Below, piece by piece: positions 1 through 13,087 of a stretch of DNA of 64,000 bases; the first letter of the stretch is position 1, and each line of letters begins with the position of its first letter. Both the position numbers and the translations under genes were made by a program. The DNA comes from Paecilomyces variotii (Eukaryota): NCBI GenBank assembly GCA_004022145.1, contig RCNU01000006.1; one strand, written 5' to 3'. The notes beneath the pieces were generated by a model. That model saw only the letters and a program-made list of their open reading frames with translations, had not been told where the DNA came from and did not search any database.

Positions 1-372
1 TGCTGGCCCGCTTCTTTTTTGTGATAATTAATACTTCTGCCTCGACAGCGTAGCCGCACTGGATAATAATCGATCGCCCATATAGACACCTGGTTTGCCT
101 GGGAAACAACTCCCTGCACGACTTGCTGGCTTCTTCTCATCTCGACTCATCCCCTTAACCCGTCAACGTCCGGATCCTGTGGACTGCGGACGGAGCGTCT
201 TTGACAAGGGAACTTTTTTCTTCGTCACCTGGTGCGCATAAGAGCTCTCGTTGGTCCCTAGAAAACTGCAAGTACAGGGTCCTTTTTTTCCACATCGAAT
301 GTCCGGCGTCTAGAATCGATCCCTTTTGTCGTCCAGAAGATCTAGAGATCCGGAAGGTTGACCCTAGCCAAT

Positions 373-2440
373 ATGCCTGTTTCCGTCCCCCACATCCATA
401 GCCGCCGCCGCTCCTCTCTAAACAGTGAGTTCCGCCAAACTTTTTGCGTCATGCCTTCTCAGCAACCGACAACGTCCCTTCGATCTTACACGTACACTGA
501 TACTTGAGGGCGCGAGACGTGTGATGGTCATGATGGCTGACAACTGGACCTCGCGTTTCCTTCACACTACAGGCAACAGGTCATCTGTCGATGAGTCCAA
601 AGCTGAAGCGTCAGGCGCGGAAGATGAGACGGTCGTGGAGCCCGATCAGGGAAATGGTTAGTGCGAATACTGTGCTCAGTAGGATGCTGCGAAAACGACG
701 GAGCATGGAAGCTGATCTTTGTGTGTGATCCCAGTCCTTTCACACATCATTTCACAGCTCCGTCCCGGAGCAGACTTGAGTCGTGTTGTCCTTCCTACGT
801 TCATTCTAGAGCCCAGATCAATGCTGGAGCGGATCACAAAGTGCGTGCTAGCAGCTCGCCGCCCGAATTTCCTGGAAGCAGAAAGTATACTGATATGGTT
901 TGCGATTCTTGCAGCTTCATGGCACATCCGGAGACGCTACTGCCCATCTCCACCATCGATGACCCCCTCGAGCGGTTTGTCGCCGTTGTCAAGTTCTACT
1001 TGAGCGGCTGGCATATCAAGCCTCCGTACGGAAACCTACATATAATCCCGGAAGAAGTGGCTGGCTGACTGGTTTATCTGTAGTGGTGTCAAAAAGCCCC
1101 TGAATCCTGTCCTTGGAGAGACCTTCACTTGCTGGTGGGATTATCCCGATGGCACGCGGGGATACTACGTCTCCGAGCAGACTTCTCATCATCCTCCCAA
1201 GTCGAGCTACTTCTTTATGGCGCCAGAGCACCATATCCGGATAGACGGCACTCTGAAGCCCAGAAGCAAGTTCCTGGGGAACTCCGCTGCCAGTATGATG
1301 GAGGGTATCGCTTTCCTGCGTCTACTGAACAGGGGCAGCGACAAGACGAAAGGAGAAAAATAGTATGTGCACAATTGCTGCGATTTGGTTATCGTCTGCG
1401 CGGTTTCTAACGAGGAACAGCACATTGACGCAGCCAAACATGTATGCCCGTGGAATACTCTTCGGCAAGATGAAGTATGAGCTGGGAGATCACAGCTTCG
1501 TTCGATGCCCAGAGAACAACCTGGTCGCAGACATCGAATTCAAAACGAAAGGATACTTCTCGGGTACCTACAACGCGCTTGGCGGAACCATCAAGAATGA
1601 GAAGACTGGGCAGGTTTACTACGAGCTTTCCGGTTTGTGGAACGGGGAAATGCATATCAAGAACGTCTCGGTAAGTAATCCTGTGGGCATAGCCAAGACA
1701 TTCTGCTGACATGCTGCACAAGACTGGCAAGAAGGAATTGCTCTTCAATGCCACCAACGCAAAATACACACCACCAAAGACTAGGCCACTCGAGGAGCAG
1801 ACTGAGCGAGAATCTCAAAAATTGTGGTACAACACAGTAAAAGCTCTGATTGCAAGGAACCACGATCTGGCAACAACAGAAAAATCCAAAGTTGAGGATC
1901 GCCAGCGAGAGGAGGCCGCCAAAAGAGTAGACGAAGGAGTTGAATGGAAGCCTAGACTTTTCCGCCCCGTTAAGGGAGGCCCGGGAGGTCCCGATGAAGG
2001 CGAGGAAGATCTGGACTGGATCATTAACGCACAAGTGTAAGCCTTCTTTCAATGTCCGTTATATCCAAGTGCTAACAAACCGCAGTGATTCTCAAAACCC
2101 TGAGCTTGCTGTGAAACAGATTCTTGCTATCGCGCCGATTCTCCAGGGGCAAAAGGTTTCCCATGAGTTCGAGATACCGCCACGATCTGCTGGCAAGGAT
2201 AAAGCGACGGACGACAGTGGCAATCCTATAGACTCTGCAGGCGAGAACGCCGCTCCGGGTCCAGGCGGCCTTTCGCAGGCTCCGAATGCTGCGTCTCAGG
2301 ATCAAGGTGCGTCCAGCAGCAGCTCCGGTCTCGTGGAACTACCGCAGCCCTCCCAAAGTCAACAGCCCGGCAATCCATTACAGAGACGGGACACCAACAC
2401 TAAGGAAGTGGACGAATTTGTAGATGCGAAGGAACAATAG
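373..2440 (+). CDS. Oxysterol-binding protein family (Osh6/Osh7-like), multi-exon
   Basis: Exon pieces carry ORD motifs: LRPGADLSRVVLPTFILEPRSMLE, KKPLNPVLGETF, EQTSHHPP, YARGILFG, EKSKVEDRQREE. ATG at 373, several GT..AG introns, stop at 2440. Exon limits approximate. Confidence 0.9.
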
Positions 2441-3937
2441 TAGAGAAACGATTTCTCCCCGATGCGCATGATTTGGTGCCTGATTGCGCTATACTGCTTT
2501 GTGATTCGCCGTTTTATGACTGGTCCTTTTGATGAGTGACGTCCCTAAAGCTGTCCTAGAACAGATCCAGCACTTCCTCCGTGCAAATCTGGCTGAAAGT
2601 TGCCATTTTCAACCTCTTGATTTGGACAGCTTCCGTTCATCCCTCATCCAAAACGTTCCTATGCTGGATACCCGTTAATGATTTTCTCGTTGGGCCCTAA
2701 GAGAAGAAGGATTCAAGAATCAAAAAGGGCCGAAATACTAGCCGGAGCCTCGATGAAGAAGGCTAGGAGACGGGATGGCAAAGGTCTCATGCGGCATTCT
2801 CATTTTTGATGACAAAGCGCTGTAGGTCCAACGCTAGAAAGAGCGCTGATTAGTCGATTTTAAGATAATGAACAAATCTAACATGATTGTAAGTATTCTG
2901 CAGAAATGATGCTGTCGAGCTCAGACAGCCGATTAGTCAAAATGATTATTATAATCGGACTGGCGTTGATTCGACTTGACCACCCGAGCACTGCCAGCTG
3001 TTTCTAGTAACGCCCGTCCAATTGTGCTGCACTGGTGGACGCGAGACACTACCTAGTTAGGTAGTCTTGACATCTTATACAGGCAATACGAGACTGGCAT
3101 TTGCCTAGTTCCATCTTTTGGTAGCCAGTCAAGACTATGGTAATATTCGTGAATCTCAACCCGAACTATGACTATGATATCCAAAATGAAGCCGCCCATT
3201 ATGCATTCCACAGATCAATCCCTCAAAATCCACCTTCCTGGGTATTTTCCTTCTACTCAGCCATCTTTTGCCGTTTTCCCAGTATCAATCCAAGTGTTCC
3301 CCGTATGTTCATGTTGTACGCGCCATTTTCGGTCAAGGTGCTCGTAGACTCTGTAGGCTGTGAATAATGAGTTGAAGAATAGGAAGCCCAGGATCAGAAA
3401 TGGATTGGCTGTCAGAGAGCGGCGTTTGTCATTGTGGATTAAGAAGTAGAGTAACTAGGCCAGCGCTTGCTAAGTATGTGGGATTGATTTCCTGTGATTG
3501 TCGGTTGGGACAATGGAGCGTTTTGATTTTGAAATTCCGGATGTGGTTTCCTCCTTTGGATGTGCGGCCATGTTGATGTTGGTGAGCTTTGGAGAGGAGA
3601 CGGCTCTTGGGGATCTGTTGCTATGCAAGCATTACGCATGTTGCTGTTCAAATAGGAAAGCACGTATACAAAATGATATATCAAGTTTCCGATGGAAAGG
3701 CCATGTAGTTGCTGCCAGGATATGCCCGCAATGTTCCAGCCATGGAAGGAGCCATGTCTCTTCTGTTTACCCTATATGAAGAGGGGGCCCGCATGCCCGT
3801 CTCTGTTTTCTTTTCTCCTCCTTTCACACAACAGGTATTCGATCGTTTACAGAATTACTCGTTTAGATTATTCCATGTTGGCTCAGCTTCGTTACTAGTC
3901 AACCTCCAAGATAGTATATATACTCCCGCCAATCATT

Positions 3938-5130
3938 ATGCGGGCTTTCACGAGTGCCGTCGCCCTTCTGGGTGCTGCATCCCTTGTCTCGACTGCTTCA
4001 GTCAACTTCAAGAGAGATGACATGCTCAGTGAGCGTAGCGTTCCTCCTTTGCCAGATGGAATGCCCAATCCGAGCGAGGAGCAAATCGAAGACATCGAAC
4101 GCAGAGCGCGCGGCACTCTCCCCAACACTCCTCCGCCTTCCACAATCAGTCCGGAGGGAATTGTCAGTTTGCAGCTGATTGCGTTCAACGAGCTCTTTGA
4201 AGTGGCTTACTTCAATGAGCTTCTGCTGAACGTGACCAACAACGTTCCAGGATATGAGATCTCGGATCCCGATGAACGTGAGTTCGTCATAAAGATTTTG
4301 ACGGCCGTCGAAGCTGTATGCCATTCCTGTCCCTCACTTTCTTACTCGTAGGGCATCAAGGCTGACTATACCAATAGCAAGAGTCACTCCATGCTTTAAG
4401 CGCGAACGGTGCCCTCAAAAGTGTCGGTGTTGACCCGATCCAACCATGCGAGTACATGTTTCCGGTGACAGACTTCAAGTCCGCCATTGTTCTTGCGGCG
4501 ACCTTTACCGCTGTTGTTCTGGGCACGCTCCAAGATGCAGTGGATAACTTTGCCAAAGGCGGGGACAACGGTGTGGCTCGTGAGATTGCGTCCGTTATCG
4601 GTAACGAGGGAGAGCAGGAGGGTTGGTACCGACTTCTCCAGAAGAAGATCCCTAACGAGCTGCCATTCCTGACTACCAGCGTCTTGGACTTCGCTTTCAC
4701 TGCCGTTCAGGGCTTCACGATACCTGGGACGTGTCCGAACATCGATGAGATCCCACTGGAGACATTTGAGCCATTGACTATTGTAACTCCACCCGGACCA
4801 CAGACTCAGGAGATTACTGTGGCTTTCAATGCGGAGGACGTTGAGAGCTTGAAAGCTGAGATTGATGGAGACGATGATGATGACAAGGATGACGGGGAAC
4901 ACTGGTGGATAACTTATATCAACCAACTCAACAAGCCGATTGTGGAATCGCTGGAGTTCGTATCACTTGAAGGGGATACGATTTTGGCCAACGCACTTTT
5001 CCCGTACGATGAGCATTTGATGAATGGGTTGACCATTGCCGCTATCACCGATAGCCCAGGACCATTTGCAAACGCGGATGAGGTTGTCAATTCAACCGTA
5101 TTTGGACCGGGGCTGATTATAGTGAAGTAA
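3938..5130 (+). CDS. Secreted ferritin-like-domain protein (LsdA/Rds1-type sexual development protein)
   Basis: Signal peptide MRAFTSAVALLGAASLV; LQLIAFNELFEVAYF, QESLH and GNEGEQEGWYR motifs; intron 4316-4377 joins the ORFs in frame. Confidence 0.8.
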
Positions 5131-5662
5131 GGGGGATATGACTTGGAGTTCTTCCACATGGTGTCCATCAAAAGAACACTGGTATATTCATAGCAAAAGT
5201 GCCTCTCCATAGTCCACTTATAATTATCCTCCCGCTTAGCCTATAGCGTACCAATCAAAAGGATCATTCTCTTCCGGACTGTCCCATCACTGTAGAGCCT
5301 GTTTTCTCCGGTTGTTCTTCGAAGGGGTGCGTAGTTGCCATTCCACAAGACGACAGAATATGAACGATAGAAAATTTCAAATTCCACGACGCATATAGGT
5401 ATCAGTGTCTAGAATATAATATGCAGCGCACGTATGTATGTACAGTATATGACAATAGCCCCACTACTCAAAAGAGATATCGACAGGCCATGCTTCAAGG
5501 AATAATCGCCAAGCAAAAAAAGTAAGAATCTTTCAGACAAGTGAACGCCGTGGCTCGAATGTACCAAAACGCCAGTTTTTTGTGACACCAAGACGAAGAA
5601 GAGCGTATTATGCAGATAACCAAAACCAGACCCATAATTTTGCAATAGGGTTTATTCTCTTC

Positions 5663-7132
5663 TCAAGAGTACAATTCACCTCTTGTGCCAGCACCGCGCT
5701 CGAGATCTCGCCGTCGACGACCAGAATTCGTTGTGGTTGTGCGGGTGCCGCCTCCTTCGCGGTCTTCGAGCTCGTCCTCCAGCATTCGTTGTTCTTCTTT
5801 GATCTCCTCTTCCATGTCTTCCCGGATCCCGAGGATATCGGGTGGGATGAAGCTCATTTGCACGCTGGGGGCGCCTTGGATGTAACGGAGTTTCTCCTTG
5901 ATGGTTCGAACGAGATTGGCGAGGTAGGCGCGAGAGTTCTTATTTTCGATCCGACGCATGTCGGAGAGAGGGGGAAAGAGGCTGTAGTCTGGACCGAAGT
6001 GGTTGCGGAAAGTGACTGCTTCGGGGATGTTGGGGTCGATGATGTTGGCGGCGTCGATGAGGATGGAGGTCTCGTGGGCCCAGGCTCGAGAGACGTTACG
6101 GGGGGTGTAGCCACCGCCGCCGACGACGAGGAGAGGGATACCGAATGTCTTGACGTACGCGACGCAGGCGCCGTGGGCTTGGACGTTCAGGCTGAAGCAG
6201 CCGAGACGGTCGCAGCCCAGACTGTCGGCGCCGCATTGCAGGACGATGGCGCCTGGTTTGAAAGTCGAGATGCATGATCCGATGATCTCTTTGAAGAGCG
6301 CGATGTAGTCGTCATCCTCGATCCCGTCGTTGAGGGGTACATTCAGCGCGTGATGCGCGCCTGGGTTCAGAGGATGCGCGGGACCATTACTGTCGAGGGC
6401 GCCTGTTCCTGGGAAGAAATTGTCCTTGTCGTATTTGTGGAAGGAGACGGTGAGGACGCGATCTGTTGACCAGAAGGCCTGTTCGACGCCATCGCCATGG
6501 TGGACGTCGATGTCGATGTACATGACGCGCGGATGATGGCGTAGCAGCTGTAGGATGCCCAGGACGATGTCATTGACGTAGCAGAAGCCACTGGCTTCAG
6601 CCTTCTTCGCATGATGAAGACCTCCCGACCAATTAATCGCGATATCAGACTGATTATTGCATAGCTTGCGCGCCGCGTCGATAGTGCCGCCGGCATAGAG
6701 CGAGGCGTAGTTATACAAGCCATCGAAGACGGGACAATCGTCTCCGAAATTGAACCGGGCGAGGTTATCGCTCTGCTCAGCAGACTGCATGTCCGACGGG
6801 ATGATGGTCTTGAGGAAGTCGAGGTAGTCGGGATTATGGAAATCGGCCATCTCTTCGTAGGTCGCTGCTCGGGTTAGATACAGGTCCATCGCATGGTGCA
6901 TGCCGTAGGCCATGACCAGCTGCTTTGTGAGGGTCAGTCGAAACGGTTTCATCGGATGCGACTGGCCGAAATGATGCGGTTCGACGGCCGGGTTGGCGTG
7001 CCATGATACTCGATACCCCTTGGGGCGCGGGATCGCAGTGTGCTGGCGTTCATGGGCGACTTTGCTGTCGACGGTCAAGGTGGTTGAGCGCGGAGGTGGT
7101 GCGTATTCCTGGACGACAGATGAGCGCGCCAT
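5663..7132 (-). CDS. hosA: Class I histone deacetylase, Hos2/HosA type
   Basis: 489-aa intronless ORF with [40 protein letters not shown] and GGGGY motifs. Confidence 0.92.
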   Translation of the reverse strand: MARSSVVQEYAPPPRSTTLTVDSKVAHERQHTAIPRPKGYRVSWHANPAVEPHHFGQSHPMKPFRLTLTKQLVMAYGMHHAMDLYLTRAATYEEMADFHNPDYLDFLKTIIPSDMQSAEQSDNLARFNFGDDCPVFDGLYNYASLYAGGTIDAARKLCNNQSDIAINWSGGLHHAKKAEASGFCYVNDIVLGILQLLRHHPRVMYIDIDVHHGDGVEQAFWSTDRVLTVSFHKYDKDNFFPGTGALDSNGPAHPLNPGAHHALNVPLNDGIEDDDYIALFKEIIGSCISTFKPGAIVLQCGADSLGCDRLGCFSLNVQAHGACVAYVKTFGIPLLVVGGGGYTPRNVSRAWAHETSILIDAANIIDPNIPEAVTFRNHFGPDYSLFPPLSDMRRIENKNSRAYLANLVRTIKEKLRYIQGAPSVQMSFIPPDILGIREDMEEEIKEEQRMLEDELEDREGGGTRTTTTNSGRRRRDLERGAGTRGELYS

Positions 7133-7889
7133 GGCGGGCGCGAGAGGTTGGAGGGAGGATAGTATCGATACGTAGATAGATAGAAGAGAGAAATCGAGAT
7201 CTCGTCCAAATCATCGCCGGACTTCACGATCGGCGGAGACTCGGCCAGTGGCGGGGCGAAACGCCACGTGAGGCTGGCTAGCCGTTTGGGGACTGTGGCT
7301 GGAGAATGCTATGGATTATTAATAATGGGTTATTGGATATTATTTTGATTATTATTGTTGTTATTTTATATTTTTGGTTATCATTACTCGTTCACTGAAG
7401 AGAGCATCCTAATAAGGTCATCTTTCTTTACTACTATAGTTAGTACATACATACCTTCATAGTTAACTAACAAGACAAGACCCGCGCCGTTCGAGGATCC
7501 TCCGCGTCGGCCCGTATAAATGAATGAATCATCGAATATCACAGCAGAACCAAACACGACAGTATCTAGTCCCTGAAAATGATCTGTCTTTTCCTATTTA
7601 AAGTATTATTATTCCCACCAATCGTTTGATCGACAAATGAACCTGTTGCTCTCGGTAATTTTGTTGTTGGCTGCTTACATATCCGGCCTCCGATACCGGC
7701 CCCGGTTGGCATCGGCGTTCCATCGGGAAAAAGATGTATAAAAGTTGCTGTACCACCTCTTCTTGAGTGCAGCTTCGAGAGCTGACAATAATAAAGCAAT
7801 TTATTCATTATAGATAGGATAATACCTATCAGACTCTTTCCCTAGACCATTGAAAGACTTCAAGTCTTCCCCTCAAATCCTATTCCATC

Positions 7890-8935
7890 ATGGCAGCAAC
7901 AGCACCGCCCTCTGCAGCGACCACTCTCCGCCGCACCCTGGAAGATCCCAATTCCTTCATCGTAGCACCGGGTGTTTATGATGGATTCTCTGCCAGAATT
8001 GCCCTTCAGACCGGATTCGATGCTCTATACATGGTCAGTTCAACTCTTTCCTCTCTTTTCCGTTTCGAATCTTGATCTTTCAATCGTTACATCACATTCT
8101 CCATTTTCAAGGTCAATATGTGAGCAATGAATATATGAAGCTAATATCTCTACAGACCGGAGCAGGCACAACAGCCTCCGTCCACGGACAGGCAGATCTA
8201 GGCATCTGCACATTGAACGACATGCGCACCAATGCCGAAATGATCGCCAACCTGTCCCCCTCCACCCCGCTGATCGCCGACGCAGACACAGGCTACGGCG
8301 GTCCCATCATGGTTGCCCGTACGACGCAGCAATACGCCCGTTCCGGCGTCGCCGGCTTCCACATCGAGGACCAGATCCAGACCAAGCGATGCGGACATCT
8401 AGGCGGCAAGATCCTCGTTGACGTCGAGACATTCGTCTCGCGCATCCGAGCAGCAGTGCAAGCTCGCCAGCGTATCGGCAGCGACATCGTCGTGATTGCA
8501 CGCACAGATGCGCTCCAGAAACATGGCTACGAGGAATCTCTCCGACGACTGAAGGCTGCGCGGGACGCAGGTGCGGATGTCGGTTTCCTCGAGGGCGTCA
8601 CGTCGAAGGAGATGGCTCGTCAGATCATTCGTGATGTGGCGCCGTGGCCGATGCTGTTGAATATGGTTGAGCACGGTGCGACGCCCAGTATTTCTGCTCC
8701 CGAGGCCCGCGAGATGGGGTTCAAGATTATCATTTTCCCTTTCGCGGCGCTGGCGCCTGCGTATACTGCTATTAAGGCCGGTATGGAGCGGTTGAAGGAG
8801 ACTGGGTTGACTGGTGCTGGCAAGGAGTTGTCGCCGGCGATGCTCTTCCGCGTGTGTGGGCTCGATGAGAGCGTTGAGATTGATGAGGCAGCTGGTGGTG
8901 CCACTTTTACTGATGGAGTTGATTTGCCGAAATAG
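7890..8935 (+). CDS. Isocitrate lyase/PEP mutase family, 2,3-dimethylmalate lyase-like
   Basis: PGVYDG, YMTGAG across intron 8034-8155, DADTGYG, HIEDQ, catalytic KRCGH. IIFPFA has Pro where true oxaloacetate acetylhydrolases have Ser. Confidence 0.85.
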
Positions 8936-11328
8936 AGTAGATACGTGGATTTTTCTTTCTGTGTCTTGTGTTTTCTGCATTGGAAGGGATAACTACTGTA
9001 CGTATGGTCCCGGAAATAGAACATAAATCAGCGGCCAACATACTCAAATTCATAATCAAGACATGTTGTTGCGCACTTTCATTATCGTAATTAGTTTTTA
9101 ATGGCCTATACACCTCTCCCGATCTCGCGCCTAGCGTAAAGTATACTGTAGCTGCGCTGTTTCCGAGTGATGGTGCTTCGCCACTCGCCACCATCACCAC
9201 TAAACAGAACTCAGTATGACTTTCAAGGAAGACGAGATCATAAAATAAAGACTAATGACTCAGTTAGTCCCAGTCTTTAAATTAAAGGTAACTAGTATAC
9301 CCGCGGAGAGATGTAAAATGAAATAAAAGGATCCCAGGACCTTATCAGTATAAACGATACGTGATAGCCAACCACTTCCTCCGACTAACTTGTCGGGAAA
9401 CTCGTCACTAATGTCATTTATCAGACAAATTGATCTCCGGACAAGGGATGGTTTTAACTCTAGATTAAGTTTAAATGAAAAAGCTTATATCTTTTCGTAG
9501 CTAAGTTCTTATAATTATTATCTAAACAAATTAGTGATAGCATCTAAATGAATCAAGGCTAGCAGGTCATCCTCAAGGAGAGCGTCCGTTCTATATCCGA
9601 TGAATTACCCTCGCATAAAAACTATTATTTGTAGTCAGATTCTCTAGCCCAGTGCTCCTATAGCAGCGGCAGAGATGCCTGGATAGCACTAATTGAAACT
9701 AGCATGCTCTGGATACGAGAATACATTGCTGGTTTCATCGAGACCCTACGGGCGATGTAAGATACTATGTATATCCAGCGATATTTACCAAGAAGAATAG
9801 TAGATCGAACCCAGTCATGATTGAGGCCACTCGTGACTGCAGAGCTGAACCTGCACTTGGTTGAAGACTCTAGAGTATGTAGATCCTTGATCGCTGGCCA
9901 GAATCACCTCCATATCTGCCGTCCTTTCGGTTCAGGACACACACCGTACAACCAAACCACCTAGGCGTCCTGCTGAAGACGTTAACTATATGGATCGTGC
10001 TATACGACTGTAGTCTGTTTTTAAAAAGTCAATGGATTCTAGGTCGCAGCTGTGTGACTGACCCGTCTGCATCGAAGAGTTATCGTTTGACCACATTGAC
10101 TATACGACACCCAAGAGAGCTAAAGAGTTTTACTTGGCGGTTAAAGATTTCCATTAGCCAATGATGAAACAAGAGAGAATTAGTCTACTGGTGTCTGTTC
10201 CGCTTGACTTTCCCCAGACCTTGACTCTGAGCGTTTCTTTGCGTCCTTGTATTTGACTCGATAATGTTTCATACAACTATCCCATTCCAGTAAACCAGAA
10301 AACAGGTCAAATATGGTATCAATGTGAAACTTCATGATCGATTTCAGGAAGACCCTTACAATGTGCGTATAGAATTATGAAGATATGCTTCCTTATTCTC
10401 CCTCTACGCTATATACCCTCTATCTGCATTTGTTTTCCTGAATCTTCCGTTTACGCTGCCCCTGGTTCGAAAAATTCCAAGCTGTGGCTCTTTGAAGTTT
10501 GTCCCTTCTCCTCTGCAAGTCCATATCGAGTGATCGTTGACATTTTCTTCTCAACTTTCGAACTCCCAACGTGATAATAAGAGACCGCCAATGAACAGGC
10601 TGGAATTGTTCACAGTATTGTATCTTCGATCATTCTGTGGCTTACTAAAACTTCATAACCAGATGACTGACAGCCTCGATCTAGAAAACATGGATTGCGA
10701 TTTTCCAATACCCGGCTGCTTCGCTTTTTGGTAGCAACCGTGACAGATATCGATAGATCAAGATAAGATAGCCTCGCCACCTCAGCCCTGGCTTGTTGAA
10801 CTTCTTGTCTCTAGCACCTACTCTTGTTGATTCGATGGAAGCTTGCTGACAATAAATATGAATAAGATATACTCCCGTATCTGGTAACTAACTACGTAGC
10901 TAGTTGGTCCCGCAAAGACCCACCAGTAAGTACTCTAGGGTGAAGCTAGACTGCCGCGCTACGGGCGAAAGACTTGCAGTTCAGCTCAAGGGAGCTGATA
11001 ACTGCATCCACTACGGAGTATATACTCTAAGCACTTACAGTATACAGTTAGCTATAATTATGCGCCACAATGATCGTTACATGAGAGAATCCAATGAAAC
11101 CACTGCCTCTATCCCCACACCGGTCGCAATCTTCAATTAACTTGTGATAGAGCACAGCTGCTCCCCTGCCTAAGTAATGTTGTCCTGCCGATTCCATTCT
11201 TAAGAGGGGGACTGCTTTTTTTTCACTTCTCTCTCGTTGCTGACTTTAATTCTGCTATATCCAGCAAAATTGCAATCTCTCCCTTTCGATAGACACATAC
11301 CAATTTTCGTCTGATCCATCTATACAAA

Positions 11329-12128
11329 ATGCGCCTCTCAATTCTCCTCCCTGTCTTCATCTCCTCCAGCCTAGCCGCAGCCAACACCCTCAACGTCACT
11401 GTTCTCGGCGCCCGCAACAACCGCTCCACGCTGGAATGCTGGGCCCTCGAGCCGGGCTTCAAGACTTCCACGGAGTCCGGCACCGCTGGCTCTATGAGTT
11501 TGAATCTGGGTCCTCTGGGCGGCAAGAGTGCGGGGAACTCCACATATGCTGTTATCCCGGCGAAATTTGATGGTGGAAGACATAATGCACCGACTCCGCA
11601 GTACGTTACTTGATGTTTTGGCTTGGTTTTTTTTTCTTTACATATATGTTTTCCTTGTGTATTTCTTTCTTCTTTGTCCAGTTCACATAAATCAGGGAGA
11701 AAAAAAGATGGGGATTATGGCGTAGCATATCACTGTATACAGCTATGTTCTCATTCCCTCGAGCTAGATTCTCCTTCACCCTACTTTTCTTTGTTATCAC
11801 CATTAGCTCTATGTATATTTCTCCATCATTGATTTACTTATTCCTCCCCACACCACTAACACCTCCACCAACCAGATGGGTCGTCTTCCTCTCCGGCTTA
11901 GCCCACATCACCCTCCCCAACTCAACACTCGAAGCCTACATCCCCGGCGGGAAGAACGGAGCCATTCTGGCCCTCGACACAGCGGACGTGAGTACTCTGG
12001 GCCATATCACCACGTACCCGTCTCAGGAGACGACGGTTGCGTTGGAAATCCCCCTCGGCGATGAGGGTGTCCCTGGACATCGAGTCTTGCATGTGGGAGC
12101 TTGTCGAGATGGGGAGATGTTGGTTTGA
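11329..12128 (+). CDS. Small secreted protein (cupin-like, fungal conserved hypothetical)
   Basis: Signal peptide, STLECWAL, HNAPTPQ|WVVFLSGLAHITLP joined across intron ~11602-11875, GHITTYPS. Confidence 0.75.
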
Positions 12129-13087
12129 TTTACTGTATGAGATCTTGTTCTCCTCTCCACCCTTCCCTGGAGATATATCGGGAATGTAAAGCTGTGTGGG
12201 GTTCAAGTGTGTGGGATTATTTATATGCAGGAATGAAGAATCGATTATAGATGGATGGAGGTGTTAATGCATTTTATAGGTATTGCAGACCGTTAGGTAA
12301 GGGATTCAAAATGGCGTTCTCGCTCTTACATACGGCTGTTTGGTTGGTGGTTTATACGTACGGAAAGCTGGATTGCTGCTAGGAGGTCATAGAATTCATT
12401 GAAAATGGAATTACTGGTCCGGAGGGTCTAAGCGTCCTCGTTAGAGTGAAACTGGACAATGGATATGTTGCTTTTCTACCAGTACGAAAAGACCATGCCG
12501 CTTGCGGTGTCCAGAAAAGTCGATGTCTATTGTTCTAGCCTATAGACCATGATAGTATCCTAGCCGAAATGATGTAGATATGATCCCCTACTTTTTCAAT
12601 CTATGTATAGTTGTTCTCTTTCTTTCGTCTCGTTGAGCCACGGTACCCACTGCTAGTTTGATACTCCTAAAAAAACACCGTCGTTGAGACACCGCCAATC
12701 TTTCTTTTTCAGCAGCCTGTCATAATCTAGGCTAACAGATAGCCCTATAGCAACGCGCGTCACCGCTCCTCGAACAACGCCACAAGACCCCGAAAACCAC
12801 CAGTCATGATCGTAGATACCAAACACTGAATCGTCGGCCTCCTTTTGAGGGCCAGAAAAGCAGCTCAAAGAGTTAACGGAGAACGCTCGCGAAAAAAAAA
12901 AGAAACAGCCCACAAGTAGTTAGAAAGGCAAAGACAAGCAGAGCTATTTCTCTGCATCCCGAATCTAACGACGCAAGATCATTCGTGAGCGCACAGACAC
13001 TAGCACCTCTTTAGATAGATACTGTATAGCCATAGACAGCTCTGAAATTCTACGTCTAATGCTCGTTGCAGCCTCGTGAGATTCCCT

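Noticed and set aside
5582-6277. Long antisense ORFs over hosA (and similarly over other GC-rich genes)
   Set aside because: Expected shadows of codon bias; no recognisable motifs.
7890-8935. Calling this gene oxaloacetate acetylhydrolase (oahA)
   Set aside because: The diagnostic position is Pro (FPFA), not Ser (FSFA).
9240-10200. AT/TAG-rich tract as a transposon remnant
   Set aside because: No identifiable ORF, terminal repeat or second copy in the window.
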